Shown piece by piece: positions 24,312 through 38,529 of a DNA stretch of 64,000 nucleotides. The position numbers and the translations under genes are program-made. The stretch's first letter is position 1, and every line of letters starts with the position of its first letter. The stretch comes from Octopus sinensis (taxonomy: Eukaryota): NCBI RefSeq assembly GCF_006345805.1, contig NC_042999.1, positions 55,304,001 through 55,368,000 of the forward strand. The letters are read 5' to 3'. Under the pieces are notes generated by a model. It did no database searches. It saw only the letters and a list, made by a program, of their open reading frames with translations, and was not told the DNA's origin.

Positions 24312-24453
24312 CAGGTAAAATTAGAGGTGTTTAAAGCCTCTAAGGGATAGATATATCCGAAGGCAGTTCTGGTAATTACTCAGTGGGTGTATTCCTTGGT
24401 CAAAGGATACGGCAGCAGTAATTTAGCGGGTGACAATAGTTTTAATTCTCACC

Positions 24454-24488
<35 letters not shown>

Positions 24489-24524
24489 TATTTATTTATA
24501 TATATAATATTTATATATATAATA

Positions 24525-24564
<40 letters not shown>

Positions 24565-24569
24565 GTATA

Positions 24570-24789
24570 GAGGGCATTATTAACATAAATGCCTCACACT
24601 AAGAGGGACAAAGTCCTTACTACCAAAATTACACTAATCATACCTAAATGCGTTCTTAAAGCAAGACATTTAAAAAATGAATTTTTTAAATGTCTTGCTT
24701 TGAAGAACTGCATTTAGTATGATTAGTGTAATTTGTAGTAATGACTTTGTCCCTCTTAGTGTGAGGCATTTATGTGTAATAATGCCCTG
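24570..24789. mobile_element. Fold-back MITE (Tc1/mariner-type ends)
   Basis: Whole element is a hairpin, (C/G)AGGGCATTATT...AATAATGCCCTG with TA flanks, ~108-bp arms, 2-nt loop; partial copy at 58740-58810. Confidence 0.85.
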
Positions 24790-24949
24790 TATACAATATA
24801 GATATAATTAATTTGTTCAAAAGAAAAAAAAATTATTTTCGATTCTTTTCTTTTATGAGGTTTTCACGCTTAACTACCTGATAATTTCTTGTTAAGATTC
24901 CTTATTAAGAAGTTATCCTTAATTGTTAAATTTATATATATAATATATA

Positions 24950-24980
<31 letters not shown>

Positions 24981-25119
24981 ATCATATAAAAGACTTTCTC
25001 ACTTCCCGAGCGTTAAACTAATATATCTGTTTGTTGTTTACACACCTGTCTTCGTCTTTTTTTGTAAATTCTCATTATATATACATGTATATTTGTGTGT
25101 GTGTGTGTGTGTATGTGTG

Positions 25120-25149
<30 letters not shown>

Positions 25150-25163
<14 letters not shown>

Positions 25164-25365
25164 TGTTTCTCCGCCTGCCATCGCTTGACAACCAATGCTA
25201 GTGCGTTTATATCTCCGTAACCGAGCGGTTCGGCAAAAGAGCCATGCTAGGCTTACCAAGAATAAGTCCCGGGTCAATTTCTTCGACTAACACTCTTTAA
25301 GGTGGTGCTCCAGAATGGCCGTAGCCGAATGACTGAAACAAGTGAAAGAATAAACGAATAAATGA
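25150..25365 (+). mobile_element. F1 SINE 3' half
   Basis: 'atcgcttgacaacc..gagcggttcggcaaaaga..gactgaaacaagtgaaagaa'. Confidence 0.75.
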
Positions 25366-26597
25366 AAAACAAAAAAAAAAGACTTCACTGGCAGACGGGG
25401 AAATCAGAAATAGGAAGAATTCCTCTGACATAAATTTATATATCTGTTTTTCTTTCTTTTTTTTTTACTTTTCAATCATTGGATTGCGGTCATTCTGGGA
25501 CATCACCTTGCAGGCTTTAGTCGAACAAATTCACTCCAGTACTTATGAGTTTTGTACTTATTCTATCGGTGTCTTTTGAGGAACCGTTATGTTATGGAGA
25601 CGTAAACAAACGGTTGTCAAGCGGCGGTGGATAACAGACAGAAACACAAAGACTCACATATGCATAGAGGACGGGCTTCCGCACAGTCTCCGCCTACCAA
25701 ATTCACACGCACAAGTCAATGGTTACAATATTGTTTTCATGCTTAAATTCTATCTTTACTATTTCGTTTCAATATCTTTTGATACACACAGTCACACACA
25801 CAGACTTCTTTCTGTTTCTGTCTACCAAATCTATTCGCAAGGTTTTGGTCGGTTCACTTCCCCAAGGTGCCACACAATGAGATTGAACCCGGAACCATAT
25901 AGTTGAGAAACAAACTTCTTACAACACAGCTACGCCTATATCAATTATATTTTACTTTTTAAAATATTTTTACAAGCAAAACCGTAGCAAGGACTTCAAA
26001 ATTTCCGTTGTATTGCCTTCGACGGACAGCCATACATGCAATTTTTCCACCTGGTATTCTTGCGAGGGTTGTTCGAGGTAGAGTCCTCACGCACCTCCCC
26101 CAGAGAGTTCTGTCAAAAACAAACGTCATTACACTTTCAGGCTGAATTCATAATTAGGACCAACAGAGAATATGGTCAATATCCAAACCATCTCGTTCTT
26201 GGTATATCGCAAAGTCCTCTGCCAGTTTTATTCCGCTGGAAGAATCCGTCTTGCGATTTTTTTCCTCTTGTGTGCGAGTGTATACAAGAATAAAAGAAAA
26301 GCTAAGCAGACAATTGGTATCGGGTCATAGTACAACAGTTGTTTGCCCGTCAGTCAACCTTTGTGTTTTATTATACATCTACCAGCTTCGGGGATACATT
26401 GCCTGTAACCAATTCTCTTTTAGCCAGACAACATATGTCTCCTCCAGGAATCCAGGAATCAAATCATAGATGTAATTAAAGTTGGAGTTTAGATATGAAG
26501 TCGAGCTGAGCAGTAATCGTATAATGTCACCAGAAATATTAGCTGCAATCTCTGTCTGTCTGTCTCTGTATCTCTCTCTCTCTCTCTTCTATCTATC

Positions 26598-26653
<56 letters not shown>

Positions 26654-27252
26654 GCTAGCTAGCTAGCTATCTGTCTGTCTATCTCTCTATTTATGTATAG
26701 ATAAATAGATATCTTCAGACACACACGCATACACACAGGCATGCGCGATCACACATGTGTATTAATTTACTGCTTCGTAGTTGAATGAAACTACCAGGAT
26801 CTGCAGAAGTATCTCGTTATCAATAAGCGTAGATTGACTGTCAAAGGCGCCGTCCTACCTAATACTTTGTGGTGATATTCTCCTTGGTTTTCCTTGTAAA
26901 ACTCCACGATCATTAATATGGAAGTAAATCTTAAAATTGCCAGAGATAAATAAACTTGCGTTGGGAGAACAATCTACGTGGAACTCTTAAAAGCAAGTAT
27001 CGGCTGCCAAGGAATTGTATACTATGAATAGATAAATAGAGCTAGAATTTTTATGTTTCGGAGTGAGAAGATTTACTAGTATTTCTCCTGACGACGTCGC
27101 AATTAAAAAAAAAAACAAAAAACAAAACAGAATTAAATGAAGCCAATTCAAATGCTGTGAAATATGCAATTTGCCCCTCTTCTTACAACATATGAACCTA
27201 CCCAGCTTTCAAATTTCACTGAATACAAAACAAGATAGTATTTGCGCTAGTA

Positions 27253-27297
<45 letters not shown>

Positions 27298-27298
27298 C

Positions 27299-27344
<46 letters not shown>

Positions 27345-27735
27345 CGCTCAGTAGTCGAAGTCGACTCTCGGTTACTCGTTGGATCAGAGTCCTCCAGTCA
27401 GTTCTATCCTGGGCCGCTTCTTTCAGATTGTCTATGTCCATTCCGGTATCACTCTTGATGGTGTTAAGCCAGCGGGTTCTTGGTCGGCCTCTTCCTCTCT
27501 TGCCACTGACCATTCCGAGCATGATGTCCTTCTCCAAAGATTTTCTCCGCATAATATGATCGAACTATGCCAATCTATGCTTGGTGATCCTAGTTTCTAG
27601 CGACATTTTCGGCCCGATCTGCTTAAGAACTTCTCCATTGGTGAGCCTCGCTGTCCATGGAATCCGTAAAAGTCTTCTCCAACACCAAAGCTCGAATGCA
27701 TTAATTCTCTTCTGGTCAGCTTTATTTAGTATATA
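27345..27735 (-). mobile_element. RTE (BovB-like) LINE 3' end with (GATA)n tail
   Basis: 'RINAFELWCWRRLLRIPWTARLTNGEVL..RRKSLEKDIMLGMVSGKRGRGRPRTRW..AAQDRTDWR'. Confidence 0.9.
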
Positions 27736-28169
27736 GTATATAGGCGACATTAATAAAACTTCATGCGTAAACACAACCAAGAGCTAAGATGCATGATGGG
27801 ATGTCTCCTCCAGGAATCCAGTAATCAAACCATAGAAAATCTAGACTGAGATTCAAATATACTTCAAATATACTTACCTAAGCTGCTACGCAGTGGGACT
27901 GAACCCGGAACCATGTGCTTATGAAGCAAGCTTTTACCCACACAGCCCCGCCTGCCTCTATATATGTTCTGATCCATTCAGTTTTCTCATCTTCCAATGT
28001 TGTTCTCTATTTACCATCTTCTTTTTGTCCCATAAGATTTCTTCAGATCACTTTTCCCTCTATAAATAATCAGCCATGCCTGATTTCGTTACAGCTTTAT
28101 GCTGTTCCTTTAGCCTTACTTTTAAGGGGCGCCAGCCCTTTCACCTTTATAGACTGGGCGTGAATGCTC

Positions 28170-28490
28170 GTGGATTAGTGGTTAGGGTATTCGACTCCCG
28201 ATCTAAAGATCGTGAGTTCGTTTTCCGTTGGCACGTTGTATCCTTGACCAAGACCCTTTATTTCATGTTCTTTCAGTCTACTTAGCTGACAGAAATATGA
28301 GTCGTACCTGTAATTCAAAAGGGCCAGCTTTGTCACATTCTGTTTCACTCTGAATCTCCTCGAGAAGTGCTTTAAGGGTACGCACGTCTGTGGAGTGTTC
28401 AGCCACTTGTATGTTTATTTCGCGAGCAGGCTGTTCCATTGGTTAGTTCAACTGGAACCCTCATTGTCGTAAATGACGGACATCCAATTA
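28170..28490 (+). mobile_element. SINE family F3
   Basis: tRNA-like head 'gtggattagtggttagggtattcgactccc..gagttcg', CORE-like 'ccttgaccaagacccttt'. Confidence 0.75.
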
Positions 28491-28644
28491 TATATTGACC
28501 CAGCAAAGGAGAGAGATATGGAAGCATTTAATTAAGACGAAATGAGCCTTAAAACCTCAACCATAAAAAGGCAGATTTTAATCTCCAATGTTAATAGCCT
28601 AATATCCTGCAGGACAATCGTTTAGTCAATATAAGTGTTGATTA

Positions 28645-28857
28645 AGGCGGCGAGCTGGCAGAAACGTTAGCACGCCGGGCGAAATGCTTAGCAGGATTTC
28701 GTCTGTCTTTACGTTCTGAGTTCAAATTCCACCGAGGTCGACTTTGCCTTTCCTCCTTTCGGAGTCGATGAATTAAGTACCAGTTGCGTACTGGGGTCGA
28801 TCTAACCGACTGGCCTCTTCCCCCAAAATTTCGGGCCTTGTGACTAGAGTAGAAAAG
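28645..28857 (+). mobile_element. SINE family F2 with 15-bp TSD
   Basis: 'ggcggcgagctggcagaaacgttagcacgccgggcg..gactttgcctttc.tcctttcggagtcgat..agtaccag' (central part recalls the Meta-SINE domain, from memory); TSD aatataagtgttgat at 28628 and 28858. Confidence 0.9.
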
Positions 28858-29968
28858 AATATAAGTGTTGATCAAATGTGAACGTGAGTTCAAGGGTTTT
28901 GTCTAGATTTTGTCTAAGCAATTTGTGGCGAAGAGACTTTTGAGACAGAAATAGCGATCTAGGCTGAAGGATTTTTGCGAGACACAACTAAGATTAGAAA
29001 ATCGGGACTGGAGGGATTTCACTAAACTTTATTAAGAATTTGTGCCGAAGGGATGTTTGCAGACCCAAATAGGGATTATCGTTAGAAGATTTAGATTGGA
29101 GAATCTTCTCTGGAACAGCGAGAGGAAATGAACTTTGTACAACTCCCCTACCAAAAAGAGAGAAAAAAACGATAAGAAGAAAAAAAAAAGAGGCAAATGA
29201 ACGAGCGTAAACAATGTTTTAAACGTTCAAATGGTACTGCAAGGGAGTGGGGCCTATGCAGCCATTTCATTTTCATTCGTTTTATGTTTTTTGTCCCCCA
29301 CTATGATGTTCAGTCTGTCCTTGTAGTGTCCACTCCGTGTTATGGCCGTAGTGCCAAATAAAGAAAGAGTACAACTCCCAAACAACTTGTCAAAACATAT
29401 TCACATATACGATTTTTCAATCTTCTCTGGAAGGGGAGATAAATTCAATAAAGCAAGATTATATCTTGTATGGTATTTAATATACCCTTACTTTTCCTTG
29501 TTGTTCAAATACTTGCGACAGCCTAGTTTCGTTTCGCACGTGCGCGTATGTGTGTATACATATAAACATACTGTACACATACATATATGCGATATCTTTT
29601 TGCCACTCTGTCTACTTGTCTGACTGTCGGGCCAGTCTCTCCTCTACATATATACATACACACACACACATACATACATACATACATACATACATACATA
29701 CATACATACATACATACATACATACATACATGCATGCATACGTACGTAATACATGTGTATGTGTGTATGGGGAGTGAGAGAGAGAGAGAGACGAAGAGAG
29801 TGATAGATAGATAGGCAGATAGATAGATGGTTAAATAAGTAGATAGATAGACAGAAACAGACAGTTAGCTAGCTAGATAGATAGAAAGATAAATAAATAT
29901 ATATATATATATACAGACGGACAGACAGATAGATAGATATAGATAGACAGACTGACAGACAGACAGAC

Positions 29969-30039
<71 letters not shown>

Positions 30040-30200
30040 CAGACAAACAGATATATATATATATATATATTATATAATTAGGGCTTAGTAAAATAAATTA
30101 CTTTGCCTCATACTGAACTTTCTAGAAATAGCAGCCAAAAAGTTTTTTAGCCATTTCCACTACTTTAAGAAAATTTCTCTCAGATAAATTGTTGATATTA

Positions 30201-30233
<33 letters not shown>

Positions 30234-30266
30234 CGATAGATAGATAGATAGATATGACAGACAGAC

Positions 30267-30409
<143 letters not shown>

Positions 30410-30508
30410 ATAGAAAGATGGAAAGTGATAGGCCGCCGGAGTTATTTATTTGCGAGAGAGAGAGAGAGAGAGATAAAGTTAGAGGGAGAGAGAGAGTAAG
30501 AAAGACAA

Positions 30509-30557
<49 letters not shown>

Positions 30558-31161
30558 AAGTAAGAAGGAGAGAGAGAGTAAGAAAGACAAGGAGTGAGTG
30601 AGAGAGAGAGAGAAAGAAAGTAAGAGGGAGAGAGAGAGAAAGTAAGAGGGAGAGAGAGAGAGTAAGAAAGGCAAAGAGTGAGTGAGAGAGAGAGAGAGAG
30701 CCTGTACGAGACTATCAAAGCCAGTACGAGACTATCTCTTTCTAAAGTAATTCTGGTGTTAGAGGAAAATTTCGAATGAGTAATCATAATCAAATTGATA
30801 ATATGTGTGCGGGCGAGCGAAAATAAACCTTATGTTGATTGAGTTCACCAACAGTTCTCGAAATAATACGAAGAGGTGGAGGGAAAGACGGGGACAGAGG
30901 CGAGAGGCGAGGTTGAGAAAGATGGCGGCGATGTGAGAAAAGGAAAAAATCTACAAACTTGGAAATATTGCCTTATATAAAACCTGGCAGAAATATCTAA
31001 ATCGCAACTTTGTGAAAAATAGTTAAATCGTGTTTTATATATGGAAATAACAAGATATGTATGGAATTTTCAGATACATATGTATATATGCGCGTTTGTT
31101 CGTTTGTCCATATATGCATGCATGTATGTATGTTTATACATATGTATGCATGCATGCATAC

Positions 31162-31192
<31 letters not shown>

Positions 31193-31422
31193 TGTATGTA
31201 GGCATGATATGAAATACAGACGGATGCTCCGGGGTATTTCCTTCATCAATTATTAAATTATGAATGCGCGTATATCTTTCTGCCTGTTTGTAAATGTACG
31301 TATGCATGTATATATGAATTCATTCGCTTGTGTTTTGTATTATATATATATATATTATATATATATATATATATATTTGTATGAATGTAATGATATGTGT
31401 ACAAACACGCATATATATATAT

Positions 31423-31490
<68 letters not shown>

Positions 31491-31508
31491 ATATATACCT
31501 TAATATAT

Positions 31509-31557
<49 letters not shown>

Positions 31558-31778
31558 ATTATATATCCCAGCAGTACGTAAATTATAATTATACATCAGA
31601 AAGAATTGATATAATTAGTGTAGATCTAATACATTCGGTGGACTCAAGCGAATTCCCACCTCCTCATCTCCCCGTTCCACTCCGTACTCCGTCCACTTTG
31701 CTGACCACAACACACCTAGAGAGAAGGAGAGAGAAAGGGTAAGAGAGAGAGAGAAGGAAAGAGAGAGAGAGAGAGAGA

Positions 31779-31819
<41 letters not shown>

Positions 31820-33164
31820 ATTATTTCGGCCGGGCACTTGCTGCTGACCTCAATATACATTCCCTAACAAAAAGTTTATTTTCAGAAGCCCGCAATTTAA
31901 TTACTACTGTCTAATTACGATTACTAATTTGAGAGTGCCTCCACTCCCCCCAGCCCGTCCACTATTGACCCCCCTCGCTCCCCTACCCCTCAACACCACT
32001 CGCCCTGCACGAAAATTTACTCCTAAAAACATGTCTTTGATCAGTTCCCTCCTCTCCACGCTTTGTCTTTCTTTCTCACTTCCTTTCTCTCTTTCCTTCC
32101 TTCTTTCCTACCTACCTTCCTTCCTCTCTTCCTTCCTTCTTTTCTTTCTTTCTTTTTCTTTCTTTCGGGTCTCCTTATGTTGAGTCTCTCTCTCTCTCAC
32201 ACATGGATATTATATATATTATATATATAATATATATATATCCATGTGTATACCTATATATATAGATAAATAAATAAATATATATATATGGATATATACA
32301 CACATATATATATAGACATACATACGTACATACATATATATAATGTACTATAGGTATATATATAAATATGATACATTACATATATATGTATACAAGTGTC
32401 TATATATATATATATGTATATATGTATGCATGCATGTATGTATGTATATATGTATGTATGCATGTATATATATATATATACATGTGTGTGTGTATATAAA
32501 AATATATGCATTTATAGAAACATGGGTGTATACGCCCATATATACAAGTATGTGTACGAATGAATGTACGTGTATGCATTTATATGTGTGTATGTGCGTG
32601 TGTATGACTATGTTCGTGTGTGTAATGTGTGTATGTGTATACGTCATGCTGTCCTCATCCGTCGATCGTTTTCGCTTTACCTTCTCCCTTACTTTGATCT
32701 CACCGCAACTAATTAAAAGCCGGGTCGTGACCAAAAAGGAGATTCGCGTATCTAACTGATAAACCTGTCTCCATCAGAGCAAGGGAACCAAGTGGAACAT
32801 AAGATTAATAATAAGAAAGAAAAGGAGAGAGAAATAACCCCAGGATGTTTTGTATTGTGTTAATGTCTCATCAGTACTTGTGGTGTTCTTTTAGAAAAAG
32901 AAAGAAAAAAAGATTACCGCAACGACACCACATTCCCCCCATCCCTACTCGACCCGACGCCATTCTGGCAACGACTCCACCGATAGCCACCACCACCGCC
33001 ATATTACCGCTAGCACGACCCGCTACCACCACTACCGGCAACATCACCCACGGCCGCCCCATCGTTATCGACGTCGCCGTCATCAAAATAAACCTTCTAC
33101 TCTTACTTCTCTCATTTTATCTTCCCCACCACGACTACCTATATCACCATCATCACCATCGCCA

Positions 33165-33171
33165 TTATCAC

Positions 33172-33226
<55 letters not shown>

Positions 33227-33250
33227 GCCATCGCCATCGCCATCACCACC
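33165..33250. repeat. (CAT)n microsatellite in low-complexity tract
   Basis: Pure CAT array; explains the poly-His and poly-Asp ORFs. Confidence 0.95.
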
Positions 33251-34043
33251 ACTACCGTGACCACCATCAGCATCATGCCTCATCACTAATATTATCCTCG
33301 TTCTCGTCGCCGTCCTCTCCCTCCACATCACCACCGCTACCACGTCGTCGTCGTCATCATAATCCTCACCAAACCACCATCACATCCCATCGTTAACACT
33401 GTCCTCTCCCTCATCCTCATCACCTCTTCCTGTCACTCCTCTTCCTGCTACTCCTCCTCCTGCTCCTTCTCCACCTTATCATCAACATCATTCTAACCAA
33501 AACAAGGACCCATCAAATCATGTGGTCTGCGAAACGCAACTATGGCCGTGGGGTTAAAAATAATATGTTCACATAATAATCTCGAGGTTCCTTCTTGGTT
33601 TCGATCCCACATCGTGGCACCTTGGCTATGTGAATCCTAGCATAACCTCGAGCCAACTCCAGCTTGGTGAGAAAAGCTGGGTGGATGAAAACTATGCTGA
33701 AACCCGTAAAGTTGACAGAACTGCTACAGCAGTCAACCGTTTGTAGGTATTAATACAATAACTTGCGTCATTATATAATTGTGAACAATAATCGCATGTT
33801 ATAGTAGAGCGATAGCCACTACCATCACCACCACCACCAATAACAACAACAACAATAACAGCAACAACATCATTACCTCTACTAGCAGTCCTCCAGTAAC
33901 ATTCCTCCACTATCATCATCACCTCTATCACCACCTCTACCACAACCATGACCTCCACCACCACCACCACCACCACCACCACCACCTGCAACTATGATCA
34001 TAGTTTCGCTTTTCCGTTCTATTTACAATATAGTCCATAGAGC

Positions 34044-34243
34044 AAGGCGGTGAGCTGGCAGAAACGTTAGCACGCCGGGCGAAATGCGTAGCCGTATTTC
34101 GTCTATCTTTACGTTCTGGGTTCCAATTCCACCGAGGTCGACTTTGCCTTTCATCCATTCGGGATCGATTAATTAAAGTACCATTCGCGTACTGAGGTTG
34201 ATCTAAGCGACTCCCCCCCCCAAAAAAAAAAATTCATGACTTG
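34044..34243 (+). mobile_element. F2 SINE with 17-bp TSD
   Basis: TSD aatatagtcca(t/c)agagc at 34027 and 34244. Confidence 0.9.
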
Positions 34244-34706
34244 AATATAGTCCACAGAGCTCACAAGTTATATTGAGTCGAGACGCAAAACTATTAGAAG
34301 CACAGATTCGTGTCCGGAGAAGATATATGCTAGTATTTACGTATTTTTTAATATTTATTACATCATAGAAGAGCCATTTAATATAACAGAAAGTTATTGA
34401 ATTCACTTTCAATTAAAATTTATTTAAATATAAATTTTAACTGAATTTAACAGCATTGTTTGTTATTAAATGACACTTTTACACTGTAGCTGCTTCAGTT
34501 TCAACAGAATTACATGAAATTATTTGGTAAACATTTCCTAAGTATATATTTTCATACGTATAGACAATACAATGGTCTATACATATTAAAATATATATTT
34601 GGTCTGTCTGTGTGCAAAGAAGCTTGCTTCCCAACCGCATGGTCCCGGTTTCAGTCCACGTGCGTAAGGCACAAAACAATGACTCTCCCCGGACACAACA
34701 GTATAT

Positions 34707-34752
<46 letters not shown>

Positions 34753-35009
34753 TTGCTATTATGCAAAAGTGCCGTAAGTCCAAAACGTTGCTTTTTCAGA
34801 AAACGAAAAAGTAGTTTCACCATTCCATAGCAAAACCATTGTACTACAATTTGACAATTTTTGCTATCTTGGATTCTGAAGCAGCTGGAGATACGATAGT
34901 TTGACCAAAAGAACCGGTTATCGCAAGCAAAAATAAATATTGAAAAGAAACGCATTTGGCCAAATTTGGACATACAACAGTTTAACATAATAGCAACTGT
35001 GTGCGTGTT

Positions 35010-35215
35010 TGTCATTGTTCCTCACTACCGCTTGATAACCGGTGATGTTGTGTTTACGTCCCCATAACTTAGCGGTTCGGCTGAAGTGGCTTATAGAATA
35101 AGTTCCAGGCTTAAAAAATATAAGTCCTGGGGTCGATTCATTCGACTAAAAATTCTTCTAAGCAGTGCCCCAGCCTGACCGCAGTCAAATAAGCTTGAAA
35201 AGGACAAAAGATAGA
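35010..35215 (+). mobile_element. F1 SINE 3' half
   Basis: 'gtttacgtccccataacttagcggttcgg..ccgcagtcaaat'. Confidence 0.7.
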
Positions 35216-35796
35216 TTTATTTTTTCGATGTATAGTCCGCACATTTTTTCGTGTATCTTCGCGATTTCAACGTATTGTTGCTCTAAACCTTATTTTATTT
35301 TCAATATTCTTTTCTACTCTAGGTTCAAGGCCCGAACTTTTTGGGAGGTGGGATTAGATCAGCCCCGGTACGCAACTGGTATTTTATTTTCGATATTATT
35401 GAACCTACGATTAAAACAATTTATACATGCTCGTCAACAACAAGAAAAAGAAAAAATAACACTGTACGCTTGTATAATAATTATTTCAATTATCAATAAA
35501 TATACAGGTTGGCCAAAAGTCACCCGACAGTAAATCAAAATTCCATAAATACTTAATATACTGGGTGTATGGAACGCTCTTTTACGAAATACTCTCGTTG
35601 TCCATGTAGATATGAACAGACATTAGTCATGCATGGTGCATGACACGTTACCAACACGTTCACTCGTTCGCGAGTGACGGCTGGTTCTTCGTTTTCTGTA
35701 CACACATACACACACACACATTCTTATATACATACATATGAATTTTTGTATGCATTTGTGTATGTATGCATGTATATTTGATGTGTGCATATATAT

Positions 35797-35881
<85 letters not shown>

Positions 35882-36147
35882 TGTATATTTATATATATGT
35901 ATATTTATATATATGTATATACATATACATACAGACAAGCAAATACACACACACACACACACATATATATATATGTGTCTGTGTGTGTATGTATTTGCCT
36001 GTCTGTATGTATCTAGAAGTGTGAGTATATATCTAAGTATGTAGGTGCAAGTCTGTGTATGTGTGTGTATGCATATAGATATATGGGTGCATAGCTGTGT
36101 GAGTGTACACGTGTAGGTGTGACTCCATGGGAATGTGTTTATTTCTA

Positions 36148-36185
<38 letters not shown>

Positions 36186-36858
36186 GTGTGTATGTGTGTG
36201 TGTGTGTAAGCAATCCTCTTGCCATGTTTGAAAGTGTTGACGGAAAGAAATGCAATTATCAACATCTCTATAATAGCTTTTCACTGAGATAATTACAATA
36301 AAATAATGTTCATCGTCAGCGTAGCTAAAAATAAGAGACTGACGTAGGTACGATAACATCCTTTAATGAATTACTAAGCAGAGGAGAGGTGCAGCAGAAA
36401 AATGTCCCAGATTTTTCACGGCCATTGACATGGGCGCTAATAGAGCTAGATAGATAGCAAAGGTCTCTTCTTGTAGCTATTGTTTTATTGTTTCCGCTGT
36501 CTACTGAGGAAATAAACTTCAGGTCGGTATCTACTGTGTGTTTTCAGTTAAAAGTTTTATGAAGAATTGTTACTCTAGAGACTTTTTTGCTGCACCCTGT
36601 GGAAATGAATGTATACATACATACATACATACATACATACATACATACATACATACATACATACATGCATACATACATGCATACATACATGCATACATAC
36701 ATACATACACGCACGCACGCACGCACGCACGCACGCACACAAACACACACACACAGTTCACTCACACTGTGCAGTACCCTGGGCAATTTTCTATGTCCTG
36801 TAAGTGAATTTAGCAGATGGAAAGTTTGTAGAAGCCCAACGTGTGTGTGCGTGCGCGC

Positions 36859-36935
<77 letters not shown>

Positions 36936-36936
36936 A

Positions 36937-37345
36937 GGCGCAGAGTGGCTGTGTGTTAAGAAGTTTACTTCCCAACCACATGATACTGGGTTCAGTCCCA
37001 CTGCGTGGCACCTTGGGCAAGTGCCTTCTACTATAGCCTCGGCAGACCGAAGCCTTGTGAGTGAATTTGATAGACGTAAACTGAAAGCAACCCGTCGTAT
37101 ATCTATATGTATGTAAGTATGTATGTATGTATGTAATGTATGTTATGTATGTATGTATGTATGTATCCTTCCATCGCTTAACAACCGATGTTGGTGTGTT
37201 TACGTCCTCTCAACGTAGCGGTTCGGCAAAAGATTTCGACAGAATAAATATTAAGCTTAAAAAGAATAAATCCTGGGGTCGATTTGTTCGATTAAAGGCG
37301 GTGCTCCAGCATGACCGCAGTCAACTGACTGAAACAAGTAAGAGA
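36937..37345 (+). mobile_element. F1 SINE, full length
   Basis: Complete head-microsatellite-tail layout. Confidence 0.85.
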
Positions 37346-37371
37346 TTAAAAGAATAAAAGAATATATATTA

Positions 37372-37690
37372 TATGTGGATTAGTGGTTAGGGTATTCGGC
37401 TCCTGATCGTAAGGTCGTGGGTTCGATTTCAGGCAGCGCGTTGTGTTCTTGAGCAAGACACTTTATTTCATGTTGCTCCAGTCCACTCACCTGGCAAAAA
37501 TGAGCAGGACCTGTAATTCAAAGGGCCAGCCTTGTCACACTCTGTGTCATGCTAAATCTCCCTGAGAACTACGGTATGTGTACGCGTGTCTGTGGAGTAC
37601 TCGACCACTTGCACATTAATTTCACGAGAAGGTTGTTCCGTTGATTTAATCAACTGGAACACTCGTCGTCGTAACCGACGGAGTGCCAAT
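37372..37690 (+). mobile_element. F3 SINE
   Basis: 'gtggattagtggttagggtattcggctcc..ggttcgatt..gttcttgagcaagacactttatttc..gtcgtaaccgacggagtgcc'. Confidence 0.85.
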
Positions 37691-38386
37691 TATTGTGTGA
37701 CCAAGAAGCAGTTCATTGTATTACATACAAAATTATTCTCTAGTTAATATTTAAGAATAACGCAAAGAATAAAGAAAAGCCAACGCTTTCACTGCTCTGA
37801 TATCCATTTATAATTCTATTGCTCACCCCCAACGGAGGCTACAATTCACTTTGAGAAGCACGGGTCCAGTCACTGACCACAATTTTGAGGGGGTGGTTGG
37901 TTGAATTTTCCAACCACGCTTTAACTTGTATAGAGAATTTATGCGCAAACTGCGTCCTGAATGGCACATTCTGAATGGGAAGCCTCTTGAAAAAGGTTAC
38001 CCATGTCTAGTAGAGAGAAGGGGAAGAATAAACAGGAAATATGGAGAGTTAACACGAGAGATGCAGGATGAGTGCACATAGTAGGCTTGATTGCAGACGG
38101 CGAGTAAAAGAATGTTACACACACACACTCACACACACAAGCACATTCAGCGAGAAAGAATTATATAGAGATGAGAAAAACGAAAGTGTAAATGATTGAG
38201 TAGTTATGACAGGAGTTATATAAATGAGAAATTGGTTTTAATTTATTTTATTTGAAAATTGGAATTCATTTCATCATTTTGTATAAGAACCAAGAAATTT
38301 GATAAAAGTGAAATTATAATGAATGTACGTATGCCATATTTCCTGGTATTACCCAGGGTGGTTGAGGTCATACATACATACATACA

Positions 38387-38446
<60 letters not shown>

Positions 38447-38529
38447 TACACACACACACACATATATATATGCGTATATGTATATATGAATATATATATA
38501 TATATATATACCTGGGATAAGTGCTTATA

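Noticed and set aside
26050-26940. Several possible small exons on both strands
   Set aside because: Weak or ambiguous splice sites, multiple frames, no recognisable peptide
32845-33396. 183-aa His-rich ORF and antisense poly-Asp ORF
   Set aside because: (CAT)n/(CAC)n low-complexity DNA, no domain or splice evidence
35503-35660. Tc1/mariner-like TIR 'tacaggttggccaaaagtc'; similar lone ends at ~36575-36600 and ~44603
   Set aside because: No correctly oriented partner TIR or coding remnant; only orphan ends
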